From contig CAXBQP010000023.1 of the NCBI GenBank assembly GCA_963978095.1, positions 1 to 44,256 on the forward strand: a DNA stretch of 44,256 bases, in the 5' to 3' direction. Both the position numbers and the translations under genes were made by a program. Every line of letters begins with the position of its first letter. Positions within the stretch are counted from its first letter, which is position 1. The notes beneath the pieces are model-generated. The model was given only the letters and a program-made list of their open reading frames with translations, was not told where the DNA came from and searched no databases. Shown piece after piece: positions 8,790 to 15,797 of the stretch. This DNA comes from an uncultured bacterium. GTDB taxonomy: Bacteria > Gemmatimonadota > Gemmatimonadetes > Gemmatimonadales > Gemmatimonadaceae.

Positions 8790-9987
8790 CCGGCCCACTC
8801 CCGGTGGGGCTCGACGCGAGCCCCACCGCGCGCAGGACGAGCCGGATCCAGCGCAGCGGCCAGTAGAGCGCGGTGGCACCCCGTGGCAGCCGGATCCATT
8901 CCGCCTCGCGCGGTGTCGGGACGGCCGCCGCGACCGCCAGCAGTCGCGCCTGATCCCACACCGAATCCTGCGTACGGAGCAGCCAGCGACGCGACCGTGG
9001 GATCAGCTCGTTGCTCGCAACGATCGCCCGCGCGAGTTCCGAGGCAAGGGAGCCCGCCGCGCGGTCTGCCTCGACCGCGTCCGCGATCGCGCGCGGCAGC
9101 GGTGTGTCCAGGAGCAGGTGCGCAAGGGCACAGCCGGTGAGCACCGCCCGGCACCCATGGACGTGGTCGCGCGACAACTCGAGTAGCCCGTTGGCGTCGA
9201 GCGACCGATCCCGCAGGAGCGCCCGCACCACGAGCAGCCATTCGAGCGTTCGCCAGTGGTGGCGCGCGCCATGCAGCAGCTGCAACAGCAGCTCGTGCTC
9301 GAGCGGTACGATCGGCAGCGCGACCCCCGCGATCGACAGGGGCTCTGCGGCCTCGAGCAGGTCACGCAGCGGCGGGTTCCACGGCAGCGTGCGATTGGAG
9401 AATCGCCAATGCAGGTCGACATCACGAGCGACGGGATCCTCGAGGTGCCCGAACGGCAGTTGTGCGTAGGCCGCATAGATGACGGTGGCACCGCGAAGCG
9501 TCGCATCCGCGCGAAGACCGTACCCCGCGCCGCGCAACACGTCGGTCGCACGCGCGAGTTGCGCGCGTTCCACCACGAGGTCGATGTCGATGCTCGCGCG
9601 CATCGTGCAGTCACCATACGCCCGCTGGGACAACAGCGGGCCCTTGTACACGAGCGCGCGCACGCCGGCATCGGTCAGACGTCGGTGCAACGCCGCCGTT
9701 TCGTGCACCGCGCGCCAGGCGCCAGCGGCGATCTCCAGCCGCTCGTGGAGGAGGGACTGCATCGTCGGTGCCGGCACCTGTACCCCGCTCCATGCCACGG
9801 CGTCCACGACGAACGGCAGCATCCGGTGTGCGCGTGCCACGTGCTGCAGGCGTGCCCAATCCCCGAGGGCGGCCGCCTCCCGCCGGACTCGCTCGTGCGT
9901 TGATGAGTCGCCCTGCTCACAACACGCCGCCGCGAGCAGGAGCCGCATCTCGGGCGTGGCCAGCTCGCGCAGGATTGGCTCAGTCAT
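8779..9987 (-). CDS. Nucleotidyltransferase family protein (NTP_transf_5-like), lasso cluster tailoring enzyme
   Basis: YKGPLLSQRAYGDCTMRASIDIDLVV (KG...DxD) and DVDLHW motifs. ATG 9987 overlaps the kinase stop. Confidence 0.85.
   Translation of the reverse strand: MTEPILRELATPEMRLLLAAACCEQGDSSTHERVRREAAALGDWARLQHVARAHRMLPFVVDAVAWSGVQVPAPTMQSLLHERLEIAAGAWRAVHETAALHRRLTDAGVRALVYKGPLLSQRAYGDCTMRASIDIDLVVERAQLARATDVLRGAGYGLRADATLRGATVIYAAYAQLPFGHLEDPVARDVDLHWRFSNRTLPWNPPLRDLLEAAEPLSIAGVALPIVPLEHELLLQLLHGARHHWRTLEWLLVVRALLRDRSLDANGLLELSRDHVHGCRAVLTGCALAHLLLDTPLPRAIADAVEADRAAGSLASELARAIVASNELIPRSRRWLLRTQDSVWDQARLLAVAAAVPTPREAEWIRLPRGATALYWPLRWIRLVLRAVGLASSPTGSGPVRR
8802..8828. terminator. Perfect 12-bp hairpin at the convergent ychF / nucleotidyltransferase junction
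   Basis: CGGTGGGGCTCG-acg-CGAGCCCCACCG; no clear U-tract. Confidence 0.5.
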
Positions 9988-11002
9988 CGAGCGCGCGCCG
10001 GATGGCGTGCACGGCATGTGGCAACTGCTCGTAGCCCGGCCCGAACTCGATCCGATATACCGGGAGTCGTTCCACCAGCCGGCTGAGTTGCGCGAGACTG
10101 CGAGCGGCTTGTGTTCCAGCGAGGAGATGGGCGCTCGACGTGTGGGGCAAGAGCATCAGCAGCGCTTCGGGCGCCGCCACCCGGACCACTTCCGGCGCGA
10201 CCGGATCGACGTGCGGCGTCACGCGAAAGAGCGCGCGGAGCGGTATCGGGTCCTGCACCGCGCCCTGGACCGCGCCCTCGACCGCGCCCTGGAACCGGCG
10301 CGACGCGGCGGGCATCGGCAGCATGTGCTTGTCCCAGGTCGGACCGACCAATCCGAACGTCGCCGGTTCCCAGTCCGGCGGTCGCCCCAACACGGCGCCT
10401 ACGCCGCGCACGGACTGCGAGGCAAGGCGCAGATGATCCCCGCCGCGCCACGTCACCACGCCGCCATCGCGCTCACCGATCGCCAGGACGTCATCGGTGC
10501 AGAGCGCAGCACCGGTGGCACAGCATGCGGCCGCGAGCGTGGATTTTCCCGCACCGGACGGCCCCACGAATCCGATGGCCCGCCCCTGAATGATCACTCC
10601 GCTCGCATGGAGCGCGAGTGTCCCCCGGAGCCGCAACACATATCCGAGGACGGATCCCGCGACATAGCCCACAACGTCGTCCACACTGTGGGCCTGCTCC
10701 CAGCGACACCAGACGTTGGCACCGTCAGCGTCAATGAAGAACTCCGCGCCGTCCGGCAGCTGAAACCGAGTCCCGGCCCCTCCCGCCACCCACCCGATCT
10801 CCAGCGCTGCCGGGAGCGCGGTATCGGCCGGCTCGCGCCGCAGGATCGTGGCAGGGTCGATCGGCGCGTCACGCCACACCGGCAGCGCGTGGAAGTGCAC
10901 ACGCACGGTCGCGTGCTCCAGCGGCGGAATCGGGAACAATCCGGGAATGGGGTGGTCGGACGCGAGGGTCACCCCACTCGCGAAGTACCAGTGACCGCGC
11001 AC
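9980..11002 (-). CDS. HPr-kinase-like P-loop kinase (lasso peptide kinase type)
   Basis: LHASGV, Walker A GPSGAGKST and TDDVLAI motifs; lies directly downstream of the precursor. Confidence 0.88.
   Translation of the reverse strand: MRGHWYFASGVTLASDHPIPGLFPIPPLEHATVRVHFHALPVWRDAPIDPATILRREPADTALPAALEIGWVAGGAGTRFQLPDGAEFFIDADGANVWCRWEQAHSVDDVVGYVAGSVLGYVLRLRGTLALHASGVIIQGRAIGFVGPSGAGKSTLAAACCATGAALCTDDVLAIGERDGGVVTWRGGDHLRLASQSVRGVGAVLGRPPDWEPATFGLVGPTWDKHMLPMPAASRRFQGAVEGAVQGAVQDPIPLRALFRVTPHVDPVAPEVVRVAAPEALLMLLPHTSSAHLLAGTQAARSLAQLSRLVERLPVYRIEFGPGYEQLPHAVHAIRRALDD
10256..10291 (-). repeat. 3 x 12-nt in-frame tandem repeat inside the kinase (QGAV-EGAV-QGAV)
   Basis: (c/g)accgcgccct(g/c) x3 on the + strand. 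Confidence 0.8.
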
Positions 11003-11033
11003 CGTCGTCGAACGCTGGCCGACGCCCGCCGCG

Positions 11034-11201
11034 TCAACCGGAGCGCGAACTCGTCTTGGTTGAAGAGTCCTGCGGCTTCGACGTTTTAGTGGAGAGCGTA
11101 CGCGTCAGATCCGTCAGCGAACCGAACTCGCGCAGCACCGGCGCGCTGTACCGAGCAAGGGTACGCTGCGACTCGGGGCTGCCACCAATCGACTGGGTCA
11201 T
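11034..11201 (-). CDS. Lasso peptide precursor (A), 55 aa; not in the ORF track
   Basis: Manual translation: MTQSIGGSPESQRTLARYSAPVLREFGSLTDLTRTLSTKTSKPQDSSTKTSSRSG*. Contains the lasso leader motif YxxPxLxxxGxxxxxT (YSAPVLREFGSLTDLT) and sits within a B1/B2/C cluster. Confidence 0.92.
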   Translation of the reverse strand: MTQSIGGSPESQRTLARYSAPVLREFGSLTDLTRTLSTKTSKPQDSSTKTSSRSG

Positions 11202-11274
11202 TGTGCGATTCTGCGTGACGGGAGGAATGCGACGCTTTCGGAATATAGTGCGTCCGCGCCCAGCGCGGGGACTA

Positions 11275-12450
11275 TCAGGTCACCGAGGATCCGGGGCCGA
11301 CGCGCGGCGACACATCGGCCAGCTCAAGATACGCGGCAATGCGGCGCATCGCCGAGCGGCGATCGGCGAACAGATCCGGCATCTCGGCGTAAATCGTGTC
11401 AATGATCCGAGCGACCGTGTGCTCCCCAGTCGCGAGCGACGCCAGACGAGCGAACAGTGCCGCGTCTCGTGTGATGACGGGCAGGTGCGCCGTGTCCCGG
11501 CGCAGCATCTCCTGGGGGAACGTCGTGAGTTGCTCGAGCGTGGAATGCGTCACTCGGGTTCCGATTCGGCCGGAACCCGCGGGCGGCGTCACGTCCACCG
11601 ACCACCGCACCACGTACTGATCGTCCAGCGCCCTGAACCGCAGCGAGGCCGATACGTCGTCACCCGTACGCACGTCGATCGGTGTGCGCAACGGCAGCAG
11701 CTGACGCCCCCAAGGGCGGACGGGCACCCGCGGGCTGTTGCTGATCCATTCCCCGTTCGCCAGCAGGGCGTCGAACCACACCGCGATGCCATCGAGCACG
11801 CCGTCTCGCTCCACCGAAAACTGGAGATCGGCGTGCGCATCCGTCGGAGTCTCGCGCTGGTGCTCGAGGGTCCACCACGCCGTTTCCGCCGCGAGCAAGT
11901 TCTCCGGTCGGAGCTTGAGTGCTCCACGGGGCTGGACCGTGGTCCTCCGCAACACCGGTGCACAATCGAGGCCGAAGATTGGCGTGGACGCATCGGACAC
12001 CCTCGTTCCGCCGCAGTCCACTGGGGCGGCGTACAGCACGTCACGGACGAACAACTCTCGCACGCCATCGACGCACAGACGCCGGCGCGCGTCGTTCATG
12101 GAGGCGATCGCCGTACCGACGAGGGTGTGGGCGCCGCGCAGATCACCGACGAGGACGGTCGCTTTCCGTGGGAGGGTGACGGCTTCGACGGTCTCGGTGA
12201 TCCACGTGATGCGGTCGCCCACACCGTGCCGGGCGGCCAACTCCGGGCCGATCGCCAGCAATGGACTCGGTTCGATCGCATACACGTGGTCCGCGCCCGA
12301 CTGTGCGGCAATGACCGCGAAGTGGCCGGCGCCCGCGCCCACCTCGAGCACCACGTCGTCGGCCGACACCATGTGCCGCAACGCACGGGCCATGGGTGCC
12401 CCCCGGCCCGGATCCGCGAACATGGACTGGAGATGTTCGAGACTATACAT
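11275..12450 (-). CDS. Class I SAM-dependent methyltransferase, PRMT-like, with C-terminal helical extension
   Basis: MFAD.GR...ARAL N-terminal helix, motif I VLEVGAGAG, post-I VYAIE, VGDLRG, and a beta-barrel segment DGIAVWFDALL...ISNSP...RPWGRQLLPL resembling the PRMT THW-loop region. ATG 12450 is 5 nt after the cyclase stop. Confidence 0.82.
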   Translation of the reverse strand: MYSLEHLQSMFADPGRGAPMARALRHMVSADDVVLEVGAGAGHFAVIAAQSGADHVYAIEPSPLLAIGPELAARHGVGDRITWITETVEAVTLPRKATVLVGDLRGAHTLVGTAIASMNDARRRLCVDGVRELFVRDVLYAAPVDCGGTRVSDASTPIFGLDCAPVLRRTTVQPRGALKLRPENLLAAETAWWTLEHQRETPTDAHADLQFSVERDGVLDGIAVWFDALLANGEWISNSPRVPVRPWGRQLLPLRTPIDVRTGDDVSASLRFRALDDQYVVRWSVDVTPPAGSGRIGTRVTHSTLEQLTTFPQEMLRRDTAHLPVITRDAALFARLASLATGEHTVARIIDTIYAEMPDLFADRRSAMRRIAAYLELADVSPRVGPGSSVT

Positions 12451-12455
12451 GCCGC

Positions 12456-14255
12456 TTACGGTATCCCTGCCCGCAACCAGTTGTCGAGTGCCAGGACACG
12501 CCACGCGTGATCGATCGCGTCCGTCGCGGTACCCGCCAGCGCCGTATTCACCTGCGCCGGGTCCACCCAGCGGCTGACTCGGTCGCTGACCGTTGGCGGA
12601 TGCGCCCCCTGCTCCGCACGCCAGGTCGCCACGATGGACGACGACGGCGTCCGGACCGGTGTCTTGGGACGACGCAACACCTCGTCCGGCAGCGTGCCGC
12701 GAAAGGCGCGACGCAGGAGTTCCTTGCGCTGCAACCACGGTGTCGTGGGAAGCGACATCACCAATCCCAGCAGCCGCAGGTCCATGAGCGGCCACGCCAC
12801 CTCGTGCCGCAGCGCCCCAAGGACGCCGAAATCAGGCTGCGTCACCATCTGGAAAAACGGATGCGTGACCCGAGCCACGGTATCCGGACGGACCAACGCC
12901 GTCATGTCATGGCATGGCAGCGGAACGGCGCGTGCGGCGGCGTCCCGCCACCGAGCCGCCAGCCACGCTGGAGCCGGCGGCTCGACCTCGGGTGGGGACC
13001 ACCACTCGCGCAGCCGCAGCCCCGTGTGCGGCTTGCGTCCACTCTGGACGGCGAACCGCGCGAGACGCGCGATGGTGCGCACGGTTCCGAACCGTCGACG
13101 CTCCTCGGCGAACGACGAGGGGAGCAGCAGCCCGTCGCCATCCTCCCCATTCAGCTGCACGCGCCCATGCGCGGCCATCGCCGCCACGATGCGCATCTCA
13201 CGTCCGTTCGAGACGGAGTTGGTGGGCTCGGGCAGTCGCTCGCGGGGGATCTCGTCGACCCGCATCCCCGAGTACCCAAAGGTCGTCACCACATGTCGTG
13301 TCCCCAGCCGCTGCGCGACACGGCGCGCCAACGGCGGTTCCGGGTCGTCCATCGCGTCCGGCCCGGCGATCGTCACCGAGGTCACGTCGACCCCCGGACG
13401 CACGCGGCGAGCGGTGGCCGTGAGACTCGGCGAATCGAGCCCGCCGGACAACGGGATCACTACCTCCGGCAGCCGCATGCGATCGGCGACCGCATCGCCA
13501 AGCACTGCATGGAACTCGGCGATCACCTCGCGGTCGGACCTCCGTGACGGCGCCGGCGACGGCGGCTGCCACCAGACGCGGCGCCGAATCGAGGGGCCGC
13601 CGAGGGCAATGCTCGACCCGGACGCGAGCCGATGGACATCCGCGAACACCGTCCGCGTGACGTCCGTGGCGTACCCGACGGCCAAGGTGGAGGCGATCCA
13701 CGCATCGTCGAGCCCGTCCGACACGTCGGGATGCGCACGCACCGCGTCGATGGACGACGATACCACGATTCCGCCGCGGATCGACGCCCAGTACACCGGG
13801 CGGATCCCCAGGGCGTCGCGCGCCACCAGTCCGCGGCCGGCGCCGGGATCCCACAGGACGAACGCATAGTCCCCCAACACGCGGGTGAGCATCTCCTCCC
13901 CCCACGCCTCCCAGGCCGCCAGCAGCAACCCCTCGTCGTCGCCGATCGCCGGCGGACGCACCCCTGCGACGCGCAGCGCCTCTCGCAGTTCGCGTTGCGC
14001 ATCCACGCGGACATTGCCGGTCAACAACACGCCGCGTGCCGATCGATGCGGACCGCACCGCGCGCCCTCGCGCGTGGTCATCAGCGCATGCACCATGGCC
14101 ACCCCACCACGGGGCGCGTCGCTGTCCCTCGGGGCGACCGTGACCGCGTTGAGGTCGTCGTGGGGGGCCCGCGCGAGTTCCGCGCGCAGGCGGGCGAGGA
14201 CGGCGGGAGCGAGCGGCGGACCGTCGACGGTGATGACCGCCGCGAAGGCGCTCAC
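12456..14255 (-). CDS. Lasso cyclase (asparagine-synthetase-like, C protein)
   Basis: GDYAFVLWD, ARDALGIRPVYW, LSGGLDS and KELLRRAFRGTLPDEVLRRPK motifs. It lacks the N-terminal catalytic Cys of glutamine-hydrolysing AsnB and is adjacent to B1/B2. Confidence 0.92.
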   Translation of the reverse strand: MSAFAAVITVDGPPLAPAVLARLRAELARAPHDDLNAVTVAPRDSDAPRGGVAMVHALMTTREGARCGPHRSARGVLLTGNVRVDAQRELREALRVAGVRPPAIGDDEGLLLAAWEAWGEEMLTRVLGDYAFVLWDPGAGRGLVARDALGIRPVYWASIRGGIVVSSSIDAVRAHPDVSDGLDDAWIASTLAVGYATDVTRTVFADVHRLASGSSIALGGPSIRRRVWWQPPSPAPSRRSDREVIAEFHAVLGDAVADRMRLPEVVIPLSGGLDSPSLTATARRVRPGVDVTSVTIAGPDAMDDPEPPLARRVAQRLGTRHVVTTFGYSGMRVDEIPRERLPEPTNSVSNGREMRIVAAMAAHGRVQLNGEDGDGLLLPSSFAEERRRFGTVRTIARLARFAVQSGRKPHTGLRLREWWSPPEVEPPAPAWLAARWRDAAARAVPLPCHDMTALVRPDTVARVTHPFFQMVTQPDFGVLGALRHEVAWPLMDLRLLGLVMSLPTTPWLQRKELLRRAFRGTLPDEVLRRPKTPVRTPSSSIVATWRAEQGAHPPTVSDRVSRWVDPAQVNTALAGTATDAIDHAWRVLALDNWLRAGIP

Positions 14256-14698
14256 GGTGCGCTGGAGTAGGCCGCCAGCGCGGCGAACCGGGCGAACTCG
14301 GCGTCACCGACGACCACCAGCCCATCGCTCTCCACCCACGCATGGGCGTCGATGGGTCGCCCGTCGCCGGCGGCGGGGGCCACGCCGATCCGGAGTACGG
14401 CCGCCACCCCTTGCGCGCGGAGCAACCATTCCGCCGCCAGCGCTTGGGGGAGGCAGGGGGCGCTCGGGAAGGTCCGGGCGGCCCGGCTCAGCGCTCGGCG
14501 CACCGCCCAGGCGTGCATCGGCGACGCCACCGCCGCCGAGCGGTGGCGTGCTGCGAGGCGTGCGTCCATCCACGCACGGATCCTCGGAAAGGGGACGAGC
14601 ACGAGTGCCATGCGGAAGACGACCAGCCACCAGACGGCGCGCCAGGACAGGGTGCGCTCCGCCGCGCTGAGCGCCGCGAGGCTACGAAGTCGGCTCAC
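14252..14698 (-). CDS. Lasso leader peptidase (B2, transglutaminase-like)
   Basis: PCLPQALA, LRIGV and AHAWVE (Cys-His catalytic motifs); GTG start at 14698. Confidence 0.93.
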   Translation of the reverse strand: MSRLRSLAALSAAERTLSWRAVWWLVVFRMALVLVPFPRIRAWMDARLAARHRSAAVASPMHAWAVRRALSRAARTFPSAPCLPQALAAEWLLRAQGVAAVLRIGVAPAAGDGRPIDAHAWVESDGLVVVGDAEFARFAALAAYSSAP

Positions 14699-14981
14699 CC
14701 ACAAGGTCGAGCAGGCCTTTGTCCGCGAGTTCGGCGCTGATCCGGAGGACATCGCGTTCCGCCGTGTCTCGGTCGACGTCGAAGGTCGCGGTGACATGGT
14801 CCACGACCGCAGCCAGCGCGACCGGCTGTTGCATCCGTCCCCAAATGGTGGCACCCACGGCATTGAGGCCGAAGTAGATGCCATCCGTCATGTGCAGGAT
14901 GACCGCTTCGCCGGAGAGTGTCGTGGAGACTTGATGCGTCGAGGCGACCACGCGCGACGAGAGAGCCAAAGGCTGGGACAT
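14682..14981 (-). CDS. PqqD-family RiPP recognition element (lasso B1)
   Basis: 99 aa; LSGEAVILHMTDGIYFGLNAVGATIW and FDVDRDTAERDV...L...GLL. Confidence 0.95.
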   Translation of the reverse strand: MSQPLALSSRVVASTHQVSTTLSGEAVILHMTDGIYFGLNAVGATIWGRMQQPVALAAVVDHVTATFDVDRDTAERDVLRISAELADKGLLDLVGEPTS

Positions 14982-14987
14982 GGGTGC

Positions 14988-15017
14988 AACATAGTGACCG
15001 CCGAGTCCGGGCGGCAA
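14988..15017 (-). promoter_or_regulatory. Putative promoter of the lasso operon (probably leaderless)
   Basis: Minus strand TTGCCG-N18-TATGTT-N6-ATG. Confidence 0.55.
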
Positions 15018-15048
15018 TCGCGGGACACGGGTACGCGCTTTGACCAGG

Positions 15049-15077
15049 TTGACTCCCGCGCCGTGCGCAGGTATGTT
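15049..15077 (+). promoter_or_regulatory. Putative sigma70 promoter of the rpsF operon
   Basis: TTGACT-N17-TATGTT. Confidence 0.7.
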
Positions 15078-15196
15078 GAGAGGCTGTTGATGTTCAACCA
15101 TCACGATCCAGTGCCCTCCCGGGGCCTTCGGATCACTCTCCCGCCGCGCCGGCAACCCGCGACGGGCGTTCCAGACCAAAGGGAGGATTGCCCACA

Positions 15197-15559
15197 GTGA
15201 CTCGTGCCTACGAGGCGGTGTACATCTTCGATTCTGCGCTCGAAGACGCCGCCATCAACGAAAAGATGACGAAGCACCACGCGCTCCTCGGAGCGACGGG
15301 TGAGATCGCCCTGAACCATTGGGGGCGTCGTCAGCTCGCGTACAAGATCGGCTCCAAGGAGTCGGGGTATTACATCGTCGCGAAGTTCGAGTGCGACCCC
15401 ACGGCCCTCCCCGAGTTCGAGCGATCGCTCAAGCTCGACGAGAGCGTGATCCGTTGGCTCATCTCGGTCGACGAGCACGAGCTCGGCGCCCCGCCGATGA
15501 CCGAAGAACAGCTCGCCGCCCGCGCCCGCGGCGACGATGACGACGACGACGAGGATTAA
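15197..15559 (+). CDS. rpsF: 30S ribosomal protein S6
   Basis: YEAVYIF, WGRRQLAYKI and LKLDESVIR motifs. GTG 15197 is better spaced from the GGGAGG SD than TTG 15188. Confidence 0.97.
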   Translation: MTRAYEAVYIFDSALEDAAINEKMTKHHALLGATGEIALNHWGRRQLAYKIGSKESGYYIVAKFECDPTALPEFERSLKLDESVIRWLISVDEHELGAPPMTEEQLAARARGDDDDDDED

Positions 15560-15562
15560 CGC

Positions 15563-15784
15563 ATGCGCCGCCAGAGAAAGTCGTGCCCGATTACCGAAGC
15601 GGGCATCCGCTTCGTGGACTACAAGGACGAGCGTTTCCTCGCCCGCTTCATCACCGAGAACGGCAAGATCCTGCCGAGCCGGTTGAGCGGCGTCGATGCC
15701 CGTCACCAGCGCCAGTTGGCGCGGGCGATCAAGAAGGCCCGCTACCTCGCGCTGTTGCCGTACATGCGGGGCGGCCAGTCGTAA
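15563..15784 (+). CDS. rpsR: 30S ribosomal protein S18
   Basis: [15 protein letters not shown] and [19 protein letters not shown] motifs. Confidence 0.98.
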   Translation: MRRQRKSCPITEAGIRFVDYKDERFLARFITENGKILPSRLSGVDARHQRQLARAIKKARYLALLPYMRGGQS

Positions 15785-15797
15785 GGCTGGCATCGTG

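Noticed and set aside
11037..11099. Graspetide-like reading of the core (Thr/Ser/Lys donors plus Asp)
   Set aside because: No ATP-grasp ligase is in the window, the leader is lasso-type, and there is only one acidic residue
11056..12510. 484-aa plus-strand ORF covering the precursor region
   Set aside because: It is antisense to the methyltransferase and precursor and has no motifs; it would mask the real small ORF
12451..12795. 115-aa N-terminal extension of the methyltransferase in the ORF track
   Set aside because: It overlaps the cyclase 3' end; the family-like sequence starts at MYSL (12450)
12456..14255. Ordinary asparagine synthetase AsnB
   Set aside because: It lacks the N-terminal nucleophile Cys and is translationally coupled to lasso B2/B1
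15531..15556. GAC trinucleotide run at the end of rpsF
   Set aside because: It encodes the ordinary acidic S6 tail (DDDDDDED)
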